Shown here piece by piece: positions 40,646-50,229 of a stretch of 64,000 bases of DNA. The number at the start of each line of letters is the position of its first letter. Position 1 is the stretch's first letter. The position numbers were made by a program, and so were the translations under genes. Location of the stretch: NCBI RefSeq assembly GCF_900141935.1, contig NZ_FQYX01000022.1:1-64000 (forward strand). Reading direction: 5' to 3'. This stretch comes from Arenibacter nanhaiticus. Lineage in GTDB: Bacteria; Bacteroidota; Bacteroidia; Flavobacteriales; Flavobacteriaceae. Under the pieces are notes generated by a model. That model saw nothing but the letters and a program-made list of their open reading frames with translations. It was not told the DNA's origin and made no database searches.

Positions 40646-41089
40646 TTAAAAAGGCAAATCGTCTTCCTCTAAAGACGATGGTCTTTTGGCCGCATCAGAG
40701 GCGCTTTGGTCTTGTCCTTGGTTCGGGTTGGCTTGGTTGGCCTTGCTATCATTTTTGGTGCTAAGGAAGGTGAAATCCTGCACATGTACTTCCGTAGCAT
40801 ACCGGGTAGTACCGTCTTCTCCTTGCCACTGGCGGTTTTTTAAGCGACCTTCTACATATACCTTATCGCCCTTGCTCAGATATTTTTCACATATTTCGGC
40901 GGCCTTATTGCGTACCACAATATTGTGCCAGTCCGTATTGGTGACTCTTTCTCCGGTTTGCTTATTGGTATAGGTTTCGTTGGTGGCCAAAGGAAATCTT
41001 CCGATGCAATTGCCACCCTCAAAATAATGGACCTTTACTTCGTCTCCTAAATGACCAATTAGCATTACTTTATTTAATGTTCCGCTCAT
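40646..41089 (-). CDS. ssb: Single-stranded DNA-binding protein
   Basis: OB fold, Gly/Gln-rich linker and an acidic C-terminal tail EEDDLPF. Confidence 0.9.
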   Translation of the reverse strand: MSGTLNKVMLIGHLGDEVKVHYFEGGNCIGRFPLATNETYTNKQTGERVTNTDWHNIVVRNKAAEICEKYLSKGDKVYVEGRLKNRQWQGEDGTTRYATEVHVQDFTFLSTKNDSKANQANPNQGQDQSASDAAKRPSSLEEDDLPF

Positions 41090-41113
41090 AGTGTATATAT
41101 TACTTCAAAAATA

Positions 41114-42172
41114 CTAAATTTTAAACGTATTTATAAAATCTGCAATTAAAACTGGAACTGGATATTCCGGAAGTGTGGACAAAGGTACTCCGTTTTCTAG
41201 AATAGTCGTAGTGCTTACAATCCAAAACTTAGTATGTAAATGCTGATGTGAAAGTTTATGGACGATATTTTTATCATTAAATAAGTATACTTCTGCGTCC
41301 TCTTTTACGCCGAGAATCTCGGGTGCGCTCTTAGAAACCTCGGTAAGGGCTACCTCCCGATCGGACTCTAACAAAGGAAACTCGTATAATTGTTGCCATA
41401 TGCCATTTCCGGTGCGCTGCTGTACCAGGGTTTGGTTGTTGGCATCGACCACTACCAGATAATTAAAATAGCGATGCTTTACTTTCGCTTTTTTTAATTT
41501 TACGGGCAGGGAACCAATGCGGTCATTATTATAGGCGATACAGCCACTATTTAATGGACAAGTTTGGCAATCGGGTTTTTGGGGCGTGCATTGCAGGGCG
41601 CCAAATTCCATGATACCTTGATTATAATCGCGGATATTTTTTGGGGCCATGGCCTTTACGGCCAATTTTTTAAACTCCTTGATCCCTTCTGGCGAATTTA
41701 TAGGTAGGTCTATGCCATAATACCGGGAAAGGACTCTATATACGTTTCCGTCTACAACCGGTACCGCTTCGTTAAAACAAATAGAAGCTATGGCGCTGGC
41801 CGTATAATCGCCCACCCCTTTAAGAGTTAAAAGTTCTTTATAAGTATTGGGAAAAGTGCCGCCATATTTTTCTACAACGATCTTTGCGGTAGCATGTAAA
41901 TTACGTGCCCGGGAATAATATCCCAAGCCTTGCCATAATTTTAACACCACTTCTTCATCGGCATTTGCTAAATCTTCGACTTTTGGGAAGGCAGAAATAA
42001 ACTTGTGATAATAAGGTGTTCCTTGTGCTACCCGAGTCTGTTGAAGCATTATTTCTGACAGCCAAATGCGGTAAGGGTCAAGGGTGTTACGCCATGGAAG
42101 AGCCCTTTTATTTGTGCCGTACCAGGCAAGAATTATATTTGAAAAAACCATCTCCTTTTCTGTAAAATGCAA
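41114..42172 (-). CDS. mutY: A/G-specific adenine DNA glycosylase
   Basis: HhH-GPD. 4Fe-4S Cys cluster CTPQKPDCQTCPLNSGC. NUDIX-like C-terminus. Confidence 0.85.
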   Translation of the reverse strand: MHFTEKEMVFSNIILAWYGTNKRALPWRNTLDPYRIWLSEIMLQQTRVAQGTPYYHKFISAFPKVEDLANADEEVVLKLWQGLGYYSRARNLHATAKIVVEKYGGTFPNTYKELLTLKGVGDYTASAIASICFNEAVPVVDGNVYRVLSRYYGIDLPINSPEGIKEFKKLAVKAMAPKNIRDYNQGIMEFGALQCTPQKPDCQTCPLNSGCIAYNNDRIGSLPVKLKKAKVKHRYFNYLVVVDANNQTLVQQRTGNGIWQQLYEFPLLESDREVALTEVSKSAPEILGVKEDAEVYLFNDKNIVHKLSHQHLHTKFWIVSTTTILENGVPLSTLPEYPVPVLIADFINTFKI

Positions 42173-42279
42173 AAGTAATGGTTTACCTAGTTAAAATTAA
42201 GTTCTTTAGAAGGGAAAGATAGAATTTAATTCATATATTTGCGTCCCGAAAAAAACACTTTGAAATCTATTTAGTTAAA

Positions 42280-42570
42280 ATGACGAAAGCGGAAATTGTA
42301 ACGAGAATCTCAGAAAAACTGGGAATTGAAAAAGGAGATGTACAAGCAACTGTGGAATCTTTCATGGATGAGGTAAAAACGTCCTTAGAGAATGGCGATA
42401 ACGTATACCTAAGAGGATTTGGCAGTTTTATCATTAAGACACGCGCTGAAAAAACTGGTAGAAATATATCCAAAAACACTACCATAAAAATACCTGCCCA
42501 TAACATTCCCGCTTTTAAACCTGCAAAGGTTTTTGTAGAAGGTGTTAAGAGCAACGTTCAAGTTAAATAA
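42280..42570 (+). CDS. HU/IHF family DNA-binding protein
   Basis: 96 aa. GFGSF...R arm motif. Confidence 0.85.
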   Translation: MTKAEIVTRISEKLGIEKGDVQATVESFMDEVKTSLENGDNVYLRGFGSFIIKTRAEKTGRNISKNTTIKIPAHNIPAFKPAKVFVEGVKSNVQVK

Positions 42571-42600
42571 AACTAGTATTAACCCTTAAAATATAACTTT

Positions 42601-42690
42601 ATGCCAAGCGGTAAGAAAAGAAAAAGACATAAGGTAGCTACCCACAAGCGCAAGAAGCGTAGGAGAGCTAACCGACACAAGAAAAAGTAG
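42601..42690 (+). CDS. Unannotated 29-codon ORF encoding an extremely basic peptide (MPSGKKRKRHKVATHKRKKRRRANRHKKK)
   Basis: The ATG...TAG frame is not in the track because it is below the size cut-off. A hairpin and T-run terminator follow immediately. It lies between HU and RNase G. Confidence 0.4.
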   Translation: MPSGKKRKRHKVATHKRKKRRRANRHKKK

Positions 42691-42716
42691 TTTTTAAAAC
42701 TACTTTTTCTTTTTAT
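42686..42716 (+). terminator. Rho-independent terminator after the small basic ORF
   Basis: AGTAGTTT-TTAA-AACTACT followed by TTTTCTTTTT. Confidence 0.5.
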
Positions 42717-42780
42717 ACGTTCCTTGACATAGAAATTCGTAGCCGAATTTCCACGGGTTTAAAACAACCTGTACAACTTA

Positions 42781-44394
42781 TTGTTTAATCATTTGTCCCT
42801 TCTCGATAGCTATCGAGAACCAAGGGGTGAATATAAATTAATTCAGGTGAATAGAGAATTAATCGTAAGATCTAGTTCTGAAGCCGTTGATTTTGCCCTG
42901 CTAAAGGATGGAAAACTCACTGAATTATACAAAGAAGAAGATAGTAACGACTTTGCCGTTGGCGATATTTTAATTGCCAAGGTAAGAAAGCCGGTCACTG
43001 GACTCAATGCCGCGTTCGTAAATGTAGGGTATGAAAAAGATGCTTTTCTGCATTACCACGATTTAGGACCGCAGCTTGCTTCAATGTTGAAATTCATAAA
43101 AAAAGTTAGTACTGGAAAATTAAAAGATTACTCTTTAAAAGATTTTCAGTTTGAAGAAGATATTGACAAAAATGGTAGCATCGGCGATGCTATTAAAGTC
43201 AACCAGTCACTATTGGTTCAAATAGTTAAAGAACCCATTTCTACGAAAGGACCGCGAATTAGCTCCGAGCTTTCTATAGCCGGCCGCTATTTGGTCATGG
43301 TCCCATTTTCTGACCGTGTTTCGGTGTCTCAAAAAATTGAGAGTAAAGAAGAAAAAGACAGGTTAAAAAGACTGGTAAGAAGTATTAAGCCTAAAGGGTT
43401 TGGGGTAATTATCCGAACCGTAGCAGAGGGAAAAAAAGTAGCAGAATTAGACAAAGATTTACAGAATTTACTGAACAAATGGACAGTAATGTGTAAAAAG
43501 CTCCAAAAAGCACCGCATCCATCCAAAGTATTGGTAGAACTCAATAGAGCTTCATCGATCCTTAGAGATGTATTTAATGATTCCTATACCGGGATTCATG
43601 TAGATGACGAAACGCTATATGGGCAAATTAAAGATTACGTGCATGAAATTGCACCGGAAAAAGAATCTATTGTAAAGTTGTATAATTCTTCCGTGCCCAT
43701 TTTTGAAAAATTTGGGATAGAACGACAGATTAAAACTTCTTTTGGGCGCACTGCTTCCATGAGTAAAGGAGCCTATTTAATTATTGAACATACCGAAGCC
43801 TTACACGTAATAGACGTCAACAGCGGGAATCGTTCCAATAAGGCCAAAAATCAGGAAGATACAGCCCTTGAAGTAAATTTATTGGCCGCCACAGAAATTG
43901 CCAGGCAACTGCGCTTACGCGATATGGGAGGAATTATCGTAGTCGATTTTATCGATATGGGCAAAGGCGAGCATAGAAAAAAGCTTTTTGATCACCTTAG
44001 GGATGAAATGAAAGACGATAGAGCCAAACATAAAATACTGCCTCCGAGTAAGTTTGGACTTATACAAATTACAAGACAACGGGTAAGGCCCGAAATGAAC
44101 ATTAAAACAAGTGAGGAAAATCCTAACGGCACTAGCCAAGAGGTAGAAGCCCCAATTGTTCTTATAGACAAGATAATTGCCGATCTTGAAAAACTTTTAA
44201 AAGGACCGGCCAGGGATAATGGAATTACTTTAAACATTCATCCTTTTATTGCAGCCTATTTAACCAAAGGGTTCCCTTCCATTAGATTTAAATGGTTTAT
44301 GGAACATAAGAAATGGGTTAAAATACAACCGAGAGATGCTTATACATATCTCGAATACCGTTTTAAAGACAATGACGGTAAAACAATATATTAA
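42781..44394 (+). CDS. Ribonuclease E/G family (Rng/Rne catalytic domain)
   Basis: S1 domain followed by the DNase-I-like/RNase E catalytic core. The start is possibly the GTG at 42847 (VNRELIV). Confidence 0.8.
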   Translation: MFNHLSLLDSYREPRGEYKLIQVNRELIVRSSSEAVDFALLKDGKLTELYKEEDSNDFAVGDILIAKVRKPVTGLNAAFVNVGYEKDAFLHYHDLGPQLASMLKFIKKVSTGKLKDYSLKDFQFEEDIDKNGSIGDAIKVNQSLLVQIVKEPISTKGPRISSELSIAGRYLVMVPFSDRVSVSQKIESKEEKDRLKRLVRSIKPKGFGVIIRTVAEGKKVAELDKDLQNLLNKWTVMCKKLQKAPHPSKVLVELNRASSILRDVFNDSYTGIHVDDETLYGQIKDYVHEIAPEKESIVKLYNSSVPIFEKFGIERQIKTSFGRTASMSKGAYLIIEHTEALHVIDVNSGNRSNKAKNQEDTALEVNLLAATEIARQLRLRDMGGIIVVDFIDMGKGEHRKKLFDHLRDEMKDDRAKHKILPPSKFGLIQITRQRVRPEMNIKTSEENPNGTSQEVEAPIVLIDKIIADLEKLLKGPARDNGITLNIHPFIAAYLTKGFPSIRFKWFMEHKKWVKIQPRDAYTYLEYRFKDNDGKTIY

Positions 44395-44404
44395 AAAAAT
44401 TTAA

Positions 44405-44440
44405 AAAGCGATTTCCTAAATGGGGATCGCTTTTTTTTTG
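44405..44440 (+). terminator. Terminator after RNase E/G
   Basis: AAGCGAT...ATCGCTT followed by a T9 run. Confidence 0.55.
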
Positions 44441-44578
44441 CGCCATACCGAACCGAAAATGAGCTGTTTTTTTTGGGTGTAGTTCCGTCTTCCTGCCTAT
44501 GGGGACTATAAAAAAAGGACGCTATGTCATGCCTGCTCCATAAACATTAAAATATCCATAACACCTGTAAAATGGTTT

Positions 44579-44660
44579 TGGGCGTTCCCTCCTTCGTCGG
44601 GCGGGCCCTTCGCTATATCCCTTGCTCCGCTGCGGGGATGCCGCCGCGGTCCCTAACGCA
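44579..44660. repeat. Interspersed GC-rich intergenic repeat, copy 4, inverted orientation
   Basis: Reverse complement about 94% identical to copy 3. Confidence 0.65.
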
Positions 44661-44898
44661 AAAATCGGCACTCCCAACACCCCGTCCGATTTTCTTCTCG
44701 GGCAGTATGCGCCTAAGGGATGTATAGTTTTTACACACTATAAGATGCCAACTACTCAATAATACACAGTCTCCTTGTTTAAAAAATAACAGCTATATGC
44801 CTTTAAAACAGGTGGTTGTCCGGTTTTGGAAGGCAGTGGTTAAACTTGGTATTATATTTTCAATGGGTATAATAAGTTTAATCATTAAATAAAGAATC

Positions 44899-45198
44899 AT
44901 GAAAAAATTATTTGTTATAGCAGTCGTATCTTTTGGGTCGTTCACCGCATTTGCCCAGCAAGTAGCAACAGCAGCCGATGTAGCCACTGAGATAGTTTCG
45001 CAGGAAGAGTTCTCTGAAATAGAAATCAGTGCCCTGCCAGAAGCAGTAACCAAGGCGGTAGCAACAAGTTTCCCTTCAGCGAGCATTTCAAAAGCATACG
45101 TAAACAAAAAGGAACAATATAAAGTAGAAGTGGCACTAGAAGATGGTACTTCCGCTAGTTTTATTGCCGATAAAAAGGGTAATTGGATAGAAGAATAA
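44899..45198 (+). CDS. Small secreted PepSY-like protein (tandem paralog A)
   Basis: Signal peptide. ...ADKKGNWIEE C-terminus. Confidence 0.5.
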   Translation: MKKLFVIAVVSFGSFTAFAQQVATAADVATEIVSQEEFSEIEISALPEAVTKAVATSFPSASISKAYVNKKEQYKVEVALEDGTSASFIADKKGNWIEE

Positions 45199-45684
45199 TA
45201 ACAAACTTGGCATTTTGATGCCTCCGATTATTGGAAAAACCCCGTAAACGAGCACTCGTTTACGGGTTTTTTTTTATGATAATTTTTAAAGAACGATAGC
45301 CTTATTGTTGGCCCTTAAATTTGGATTTCTACAGTAGTCTTATGCCCCTTACTACTTTATAACTAAAGAGCAAAATTTCTTTTAATCACCCTAAAAGACC
45401 TTTGAATATACAAAAAACCTACTTCCCTAAGAGGTGATTTGGGGATCGAATGCAGGTTTAGAACATCTACGATTCCTTTCCTCAGAAGTATACTAGATGA
45501 ACAAAGTGTATAACGATTACACACTATTGGGGGCTACTACTCAATAATATACAATTTTGTTTTTTTAATAAAAACACCTAAAGTCCCTGTATACACGGTT
45601 TTGTAAGGTTTTTGGGAACAGTGATCAATCTTGGTATCATATTTTCAATAGGTATCACAAGTTTAATCATTAAATATAAGAATC

Positions 45685-45987
45685 ATGAAAAAATTATTTG
45701 TTGTAGCAGTAGTATCATTGGGAACATTAACCGGATTTGCTCAGGAAGCAGAGGCAGCAGAAGCTGTAGGGGCAACCGAGATGGTAGCACAGGACGAATA
45801 CTCTGAAATAGAAATCAGTGCCTTGCCAGAAGCCGTAACCAATGCATTGGCTAAAGATCACCCGGAAGCGACCATTTCAAAAGCATATGTAAATAAAAAA
45901 GAGCAGTTTAAATTAGAAGTAGCTCATCAGGACGGTACCTCAGCAACCTTATTTGCCGATAAAAAAGGTAACTGGATAGAAGAATAA
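45685..45987 (+). CDS. Small secreted PepSY-like protein (tandem paralog B)
   Basis: Signal peptide. ...ADKKGNWIEE C-terminus. Confidence 0.5.
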   Translation: MKKLFVVAVVSLGTLTGFAQEAEAAEAVGATEMVAQDEYSEIEISALPEAVTNALAKDHPEATISKAYVNKKEQFKLEVAHQDGTSATLFADKKGNWIEE

Positions 45988-46116
45988 TAACAATGGAGGC
46001 ATATAAGTCTCTAGAATGTTGAAAAAGCAGGTAGCCGATAAATCGGTTACCTGCTTTTTTTATGATAATTTTTAAATACAAATAGCTTTCATGTGGTATT
46101 TTTACTAATAATATCA

Positions 46117-47481
46117 ATGCCTAAGAAAGATTGTATGCCTAAGATCCTTATTATCGAAGATGACGCCGCTTTTTGTCAAATGCTTCAAAAGTTTTTGACC
46201 AAAAATGGCTTTGATGTAGATACCAGTTTTACTGCTCAGGATGCTAAAATTAAATTTAAGGCCACAGCTTATAATGTAGTATTGACAGATTTGCGCCTTC
46301 CTAATTACGACGGCTTGGAATTATTGTCCGAAATACTTGCCATTAACCCCAAAACCCAGGTCATTGTGATGACCGGCTATGCCGCCGTAGGCACGGCGGT
46401 GAATGCCATGAAAAAAGGGGCCTATGACTATATCTCAAAACCCTTTACTCCGGACGAGATTTTAATGCAAATAAATAGCGCCTTATCGGAAAGGAGGCAA
46501 GAGCAAACTGTAAAACCAAGGGCCAAGAATAGTACTGCTTCCCAGGGGCAGAGTAAAGGAATAGTGGCTGGGACCAGCGAGGCTTCCAAAAAGTTGCAGG
46601 AGTATATTAAACTGGTAGCCCCTACAGATATGTCGGTATTAATAACCGGAGAAAGCGGAACCGGAAAAGAGGTGACGGCCAAGGCCATTCATGACAACAG
46701 TCAACGTAAGGACTTTAGTTTTGTGGCGGTAGACTGTGGGGCCATACCCAAAGAAATAGCAACCAGTGAATTTTTTGGGCATATTAAGGGCAGTTTTACC
46801 GGTGCCGTGGATGATAAGATAGGACATTTTGAAGCGGCCAACGGAGGAACACTTTTTTTAGACGAAATAGGCAACCTATCCTATGAAAATCAGATCCAAT
46901 TATTGAGGGCCCTGCAGGAGCGAAAAATTAAACGGGTAGGGAGTACCAAAGAAATTCCCGTCGATGTTCGCATTATTACGGCCACCAATGAAGACCTGAC
47001 CGCAGCGGTAGAAAAAGGGACTTTTAGGGAAGATCTTTACCATAGGATCAACGAGTTTTCAGTAGAAATACCCTCCTTGGAAGATCGTTTTGAAGACTTA
47101 TTGCTATTTGCCGATTATTTTTTGGCGAAGGCAAATAAAGCCCTGAACAAAAATATTAAAGGGTTCTCGGAAGAGGTCTTGGATATCTTTAAACAATACC
47201 ATTGGCCCGGAAACCTAAGAGAACTACAGAATGTCATTAAAAGGGCAGTATTGCTGAGTGCTGGCGATTATGTAGCAAAAGAGGCCTTGCCAAAAGAAGT
47301 GTTCAAGGTCAAGGAAATAATTGCCGATACCGAAGATTTCTCCAAAGCCGATTATGAAAAGGATCAAATTGTAAAGGCACTTAAAAAATCTAATTTCAAT
47401 AAATCCAAGGCAGCAAAACTACTTCAGATTACCAGAAAGACCCTCTACAATAAGATCAACCATTATAACTTGGATCTTTAG
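46117..47481 (+). CDS. Sigma-54-dependent response regulator (receiver, AAA+ sigma-54 activator, Fis-type HTH)
   Basis: KILIIEDD receiver. GESGTGKE Walker A. ESELFGH GAFTGA motif. C-terminal HTH. Start is the ATG at 46117 or at 46135. Confidence 0.8.
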   Translation: MPKKDCMPKILIIEDDAAFCQMLQKFLTKNGFDVDTSFTAQDAKIKFKATAYNVVLTDLRLPNYDGLELLSEILAINPKTQVIVMTGYAAVGTAVNAMKKGAYDYISKPFTPDEILMQINSALSERRQEQTVKPRAKNSTASQGQSKGIVAGTSEASKKLQEYIKLVAPTDMSVLITGESGTGKEVTAKAIHDNSQRKDFSFVAVDCGAIPKEIATSEFFGHIKGSFTGAVDDKIGHFEAANGGTLFLDEIGNLSYENQIQLLRALQERKIKRVGSTKEIPVDVRIITATNEDLTAAVEKGTFREDLYHRINEFSVEIPSLEDRFEDLLLFADYFLAKANKALNKNIKGFSEEVLDIFKQYHWPGNLRELQNVIKRAVLLSAGDYVAKEALPKEVFKVKEIIADTEDFSKADYEKDQIVKALKKSNFNKSKAAKLLQITRKTLYNKINHYNLDL

Positions 47482-49912
47482 CCAAATAAGATTTTATCGC
47501 TAATAATAGTACGGTAACCTTATTTTTTAAATCGGCAAAAGAAAGCTTTATGGCTTTTTCGGTCATATCGTTTTCTGATAGCAGTTCAAATTGTTCCAGG
47601 ATAGGCACAATATCCGTGGTTTTTAATTGGCGGAACATAGGCAGCATTCTATGTGAAACAGCGTTTATTTCCTGGGTGTTTGTTTGGCTTATGGCCATAC
47701 TTAGTCGCTCCATATTAATAGTGGTGTCGGCCATAAATGTTTGTAGTACCTCTGCTACGGCAACCTTGTTGTTCCCTAGAAAGGAATTGATAATCGCTAA
47801 GCTGAACAAATGGGAGTCCGATACCGGGATAGTTGCATTTTGAGGTCCTTCCTCGTCATGGACGGCCTCTGGGAATTGACCGTGCAACACCTTTAAAAGC
47901 CTGGCCTTCGTAAATGGTTTTTGAAGAATATCGGCGAATCCGGCTTCCGAATACACCTTTTTTTCTAAATCCCTTCTCCCGGTCATCGCAACAATAGGTT
48001 GTTGCTTGTAATGCACATACCCACTATTTTGTAAAAGATCCATTACTTGAAAACCACTTAAATCGGGCATTTGTATATCGGTCAAGACCATATGGTAACT
48101 CAGGGAACTTTCCTTTTTTATGGCGTTAAAATTATTGTAAGTATGTGCGGTTATCCCAAGGGAATGGCAGACCTCTTTTAGTAATTTTAGCATGGCGATA
48201 TCATCGTCGATAATAAGAAGCGATAAAGCTCTTTTGGGGATCAAGGCTATCTCGTCCCTGGGCGGTATCGGTAAACTCGATATTTCAAATGGTATGTTTA
48301 TGGTAAAAGTACTGCCTTTGTCTTCTTCGCTGCTTACGGAAATTTTCCCATTTAATAGGGCTGTAAGTTTTTTTGAGATGGTAAGGCCTAGGCCATATCC
48401 TCCATATTTTTTGTCGGTATGGTCATCGGCTTGGGTAAACTCTTTAAAAATATGTTCTTGCTTTTCTTTTTTTATTCCGATGCCAGAGTCGCTTATCGCA
48501 ATAACAGTGCGGTAATGAGTCGGTGTTTCTTCGGCAACCCTGGCCTTGATTCGGATGCTGCCAATGTGCGTAAATTTATAGGCGTTACTGATAAGGTTGC
48601 TCAATACCTGGCGTACACGGAAGGCGTCGCCCATAACGGCACGGTCCAAGCGTTCATCGATTTCAAAAATTAAGGGGATGTTTTTTTCGCTATAGATCTC
48701 CGCTATATTTTCTCCGGTATTCCTAATAAGCTCCGAGAGCACAAAGGGACGGTTTTCAACCTTTATTTTTCCGGCCTCGAGCTTTGAAAAATCCAATAGG
48801 TCGTTTACCAAGCTATCGACATAATGAGATGCCGATTTAATCTGGTGTACATAAGAAAACCGCTTTTCATTGATAGGAGTGCCTTCTAAAAGCTCGGAAT
48901 AACCGGTGATAGTGGTCAAAGGAGTCCTCAAATCGTGGCTGACCATAGAGATTAATTGCTCCCTGCTTTTTAAAAGCGATTCCGAGAATTTCTTTTCCTT
49001 TTCTAACTGTTGCCTATAGCGTTGTACCCTCCAATAATCTTTGGTGATCAAAAACGTAAAAAGAGCCACAACTATAAAGCCTAGGATGGCGGCAATGCCG
49101 GCCAAGCGGATACTTCTGTTCAGGGCCGTTTGTTTGTTGATATTGTCGGTATAGGTTTTTAGGATTATTTCCTGTTCAAAAGCGGCAATAATATTCCGCA
49201 ATTGTTGGGAGAGTTCCAAATCGGTCCTGTTGAGGGCCCATTCTTTTTCGGCCAAAGACCGCAGCGTTTTCATGCTGCTTTTTTTTGCTTCCGTCAATAA
49301 GCTTTTAGAGGCCGTCAATACCGAATCTACGCCTATGGGAGTGGTGGAGTCTTTGGGGACATTTTCACTGAGGTAATCGGCCCATTTTTTAAGAGTGGTT
49401 TGCGCCTCCACAGGAAGGTCGTAAAAGTCGGGGGTAAGGCTCTCCGGACTTATTTTTCCCAAGGATTCCTCCATCATATTAAACCCCTTAAGGGCATCGT
49501 CTATAGAACTGTTGGCGTCGATTTTTGCCTTTAAGAGACGAAGCTCATTGCTGTTGATGACCTTTTTTTGCAATAACAGTTGTACGCTGTCGAGCATGCT
49601 TTTTTGGTCATCGTTACTAGCATACTTTTTAAGGCTGTCCAAGGCCACAAAAATGGAGTCTATTTTTTGGGTGTAGTTAGAAAAGTCTTTGGAGCTTTTA
49701 TTCTGTAAGGCTATTTTGGAAAGGCTTTCGGCTTCGTGTAATTGGGTGAGTATTGTACCGGTTTTTAGTAGTTTGGTGTCGTTTTTATAAGAAATATCGG
49801 TAGAAACATATACTCGGATCTCTGAAATTATAAAATACCCTACCACCAAGGCCAATGCTGCTAATATGAGATAGCTAAGCATTATTTTAAGTGTGAATCT
49901 GCTTTTTTTCAT
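47456..49912 (-). CDS. Hybrid sensor histidine kinase / response regulator with a C-terminal Hpt-like domain
   Basis: Two TM segments, then HisKA (SHDLRTPL), HATPase_c, a receiver (LIIDDD...D) and an Hpt-like C-terminus. Its 3' end overlaps the convergent regulator gene. Confidence 0.85.
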   Translation of the reverse strand: MKKSRFTLKIMLSYLILAALALVVGYFIISEIRVYVSTDISYKNDTKLLKTGTILTQLHEAESLSKIALQNKSSKDFSNYTQKIDSIFVALDSLKKYASNDDQKSMLDSVQLLLQKKVINSNELRLLKAKIDANSSIDDALKGFNMMEESLGKISPESLTPDFYDLPVEAQTTLKKWADYLSENVPKDSTTPIGVDSVLTASKSLLTEAKKSSMKTLRSLAEKEWALNRTDLELSQQLRNIIAAFEQEIILKTYTDNINKQTALNRSIRLAGIAAILGFIVVALFTFLITKDYWRVQRYRQQLEKEKKFSESLLKSREQLISMVSHDLRTPLTTITGYSELLEGTPINEKRFSYVHQIKSASHYVDSLVNDLLDFSKLEAGKIKVENRPFVLSELIRNTGENIAEIYSEKNIPLIFEIDERLDRAVMGDAFRVRQVLSNLISNAYKFTHIGSIRIKARVAEETPTHYRTVIAISDSGIGIKKEKQEHIFKEFTQADDHTDKKYGGYGLGLTISKKLTALLNGKISVSSEEDKGSTFTINIPFEISSLPIPPRDEIALIPKRALSLLIIDDDIAMLKLLKEVCHSLGITAHTYNNFNAIKKESSLSYHMVLTDIQMPDLSGFQVMDLLQNSGYVHYKQQPIVAMTGRRDLEKKVYSEAGFADILQKPFTKARLLKVLHGQFPEAVHDEEGPQNATIPVSDSHLFSLAIINSFLGNNKVAVAEVLQTFMADTTINMERLSMAISQTNTQEINAVSHRMLPMFRQLKTTDIVPILEQFELLSENDMTEKAIKLSFADLKNKVTVLLLAIKSYLAKDPSYNG

Positions 49913-50035
49913 GGGATGCTCAAAAGATAGTCGAACGCCAAACTAAAGTACGTATTTGCTTATTTTAAGGCCTATAATGAAACGTTAATTATTTGTTTGG
50001 TTTTACTATGAAATGTAAAAGTCTGGGCGTAAATT

Positions 50036-50135
50036 TGCGCCGTCTCAAAGGGGTGCTTACGCAGGTAGGCTGAGATTACACCCAAGGAACCTGGGCAGGT
50101 AATGCTGCCAAGGGATGCGTACAGCGCGTATTGGA
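50036..50135 (+). ncRNA. TPP (thiamine pyrophosphate) riboswitch
   Basis: Conserved elements are present in order: GGGGTGC, CTGAGA, ACCC, GAACCTG, GGTAATGC and AAGGGA. Confidence 0.8.
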
Positions 50136-50229
50136 ATACTAACACTATATTTTCGATAGGACGAGCCTATCGGGAATGACAAACTCAACTTTAAAACAGG
50201 AATAATAGCCCCTTTTATTCGTAATATTT

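Larger units (their letters stand above)
44740..46085 (+). repeat. Tandem segmental duplication: two cassettes of about 780 bp (about 44740-45300 and 45520-46085), each holding a conserved upstream region, a PepSY-like gene and a terminator
   Basis: Conserved blocks ACTCAATAAT...TCTTGGTAT(T/C)ATATTTTCAAT(G/A)GGTAT...AAGTTTAATCATTAAAT and ATGAAAAAATTATTTGTT. Both terminators are followed by TTTTTTATGATAATTTTTAAA. Confidence 0.6.

Noticed and set aside
218-44660. Possibility that the GC-rich repeats are CRISPR repeats or tRNA genes
   Set aside because: Copies are 10-35 kb apart with no regular spacer architecture. No cloverleaf, anticodon stem or CCA features are visible. No cas genes are in the window.
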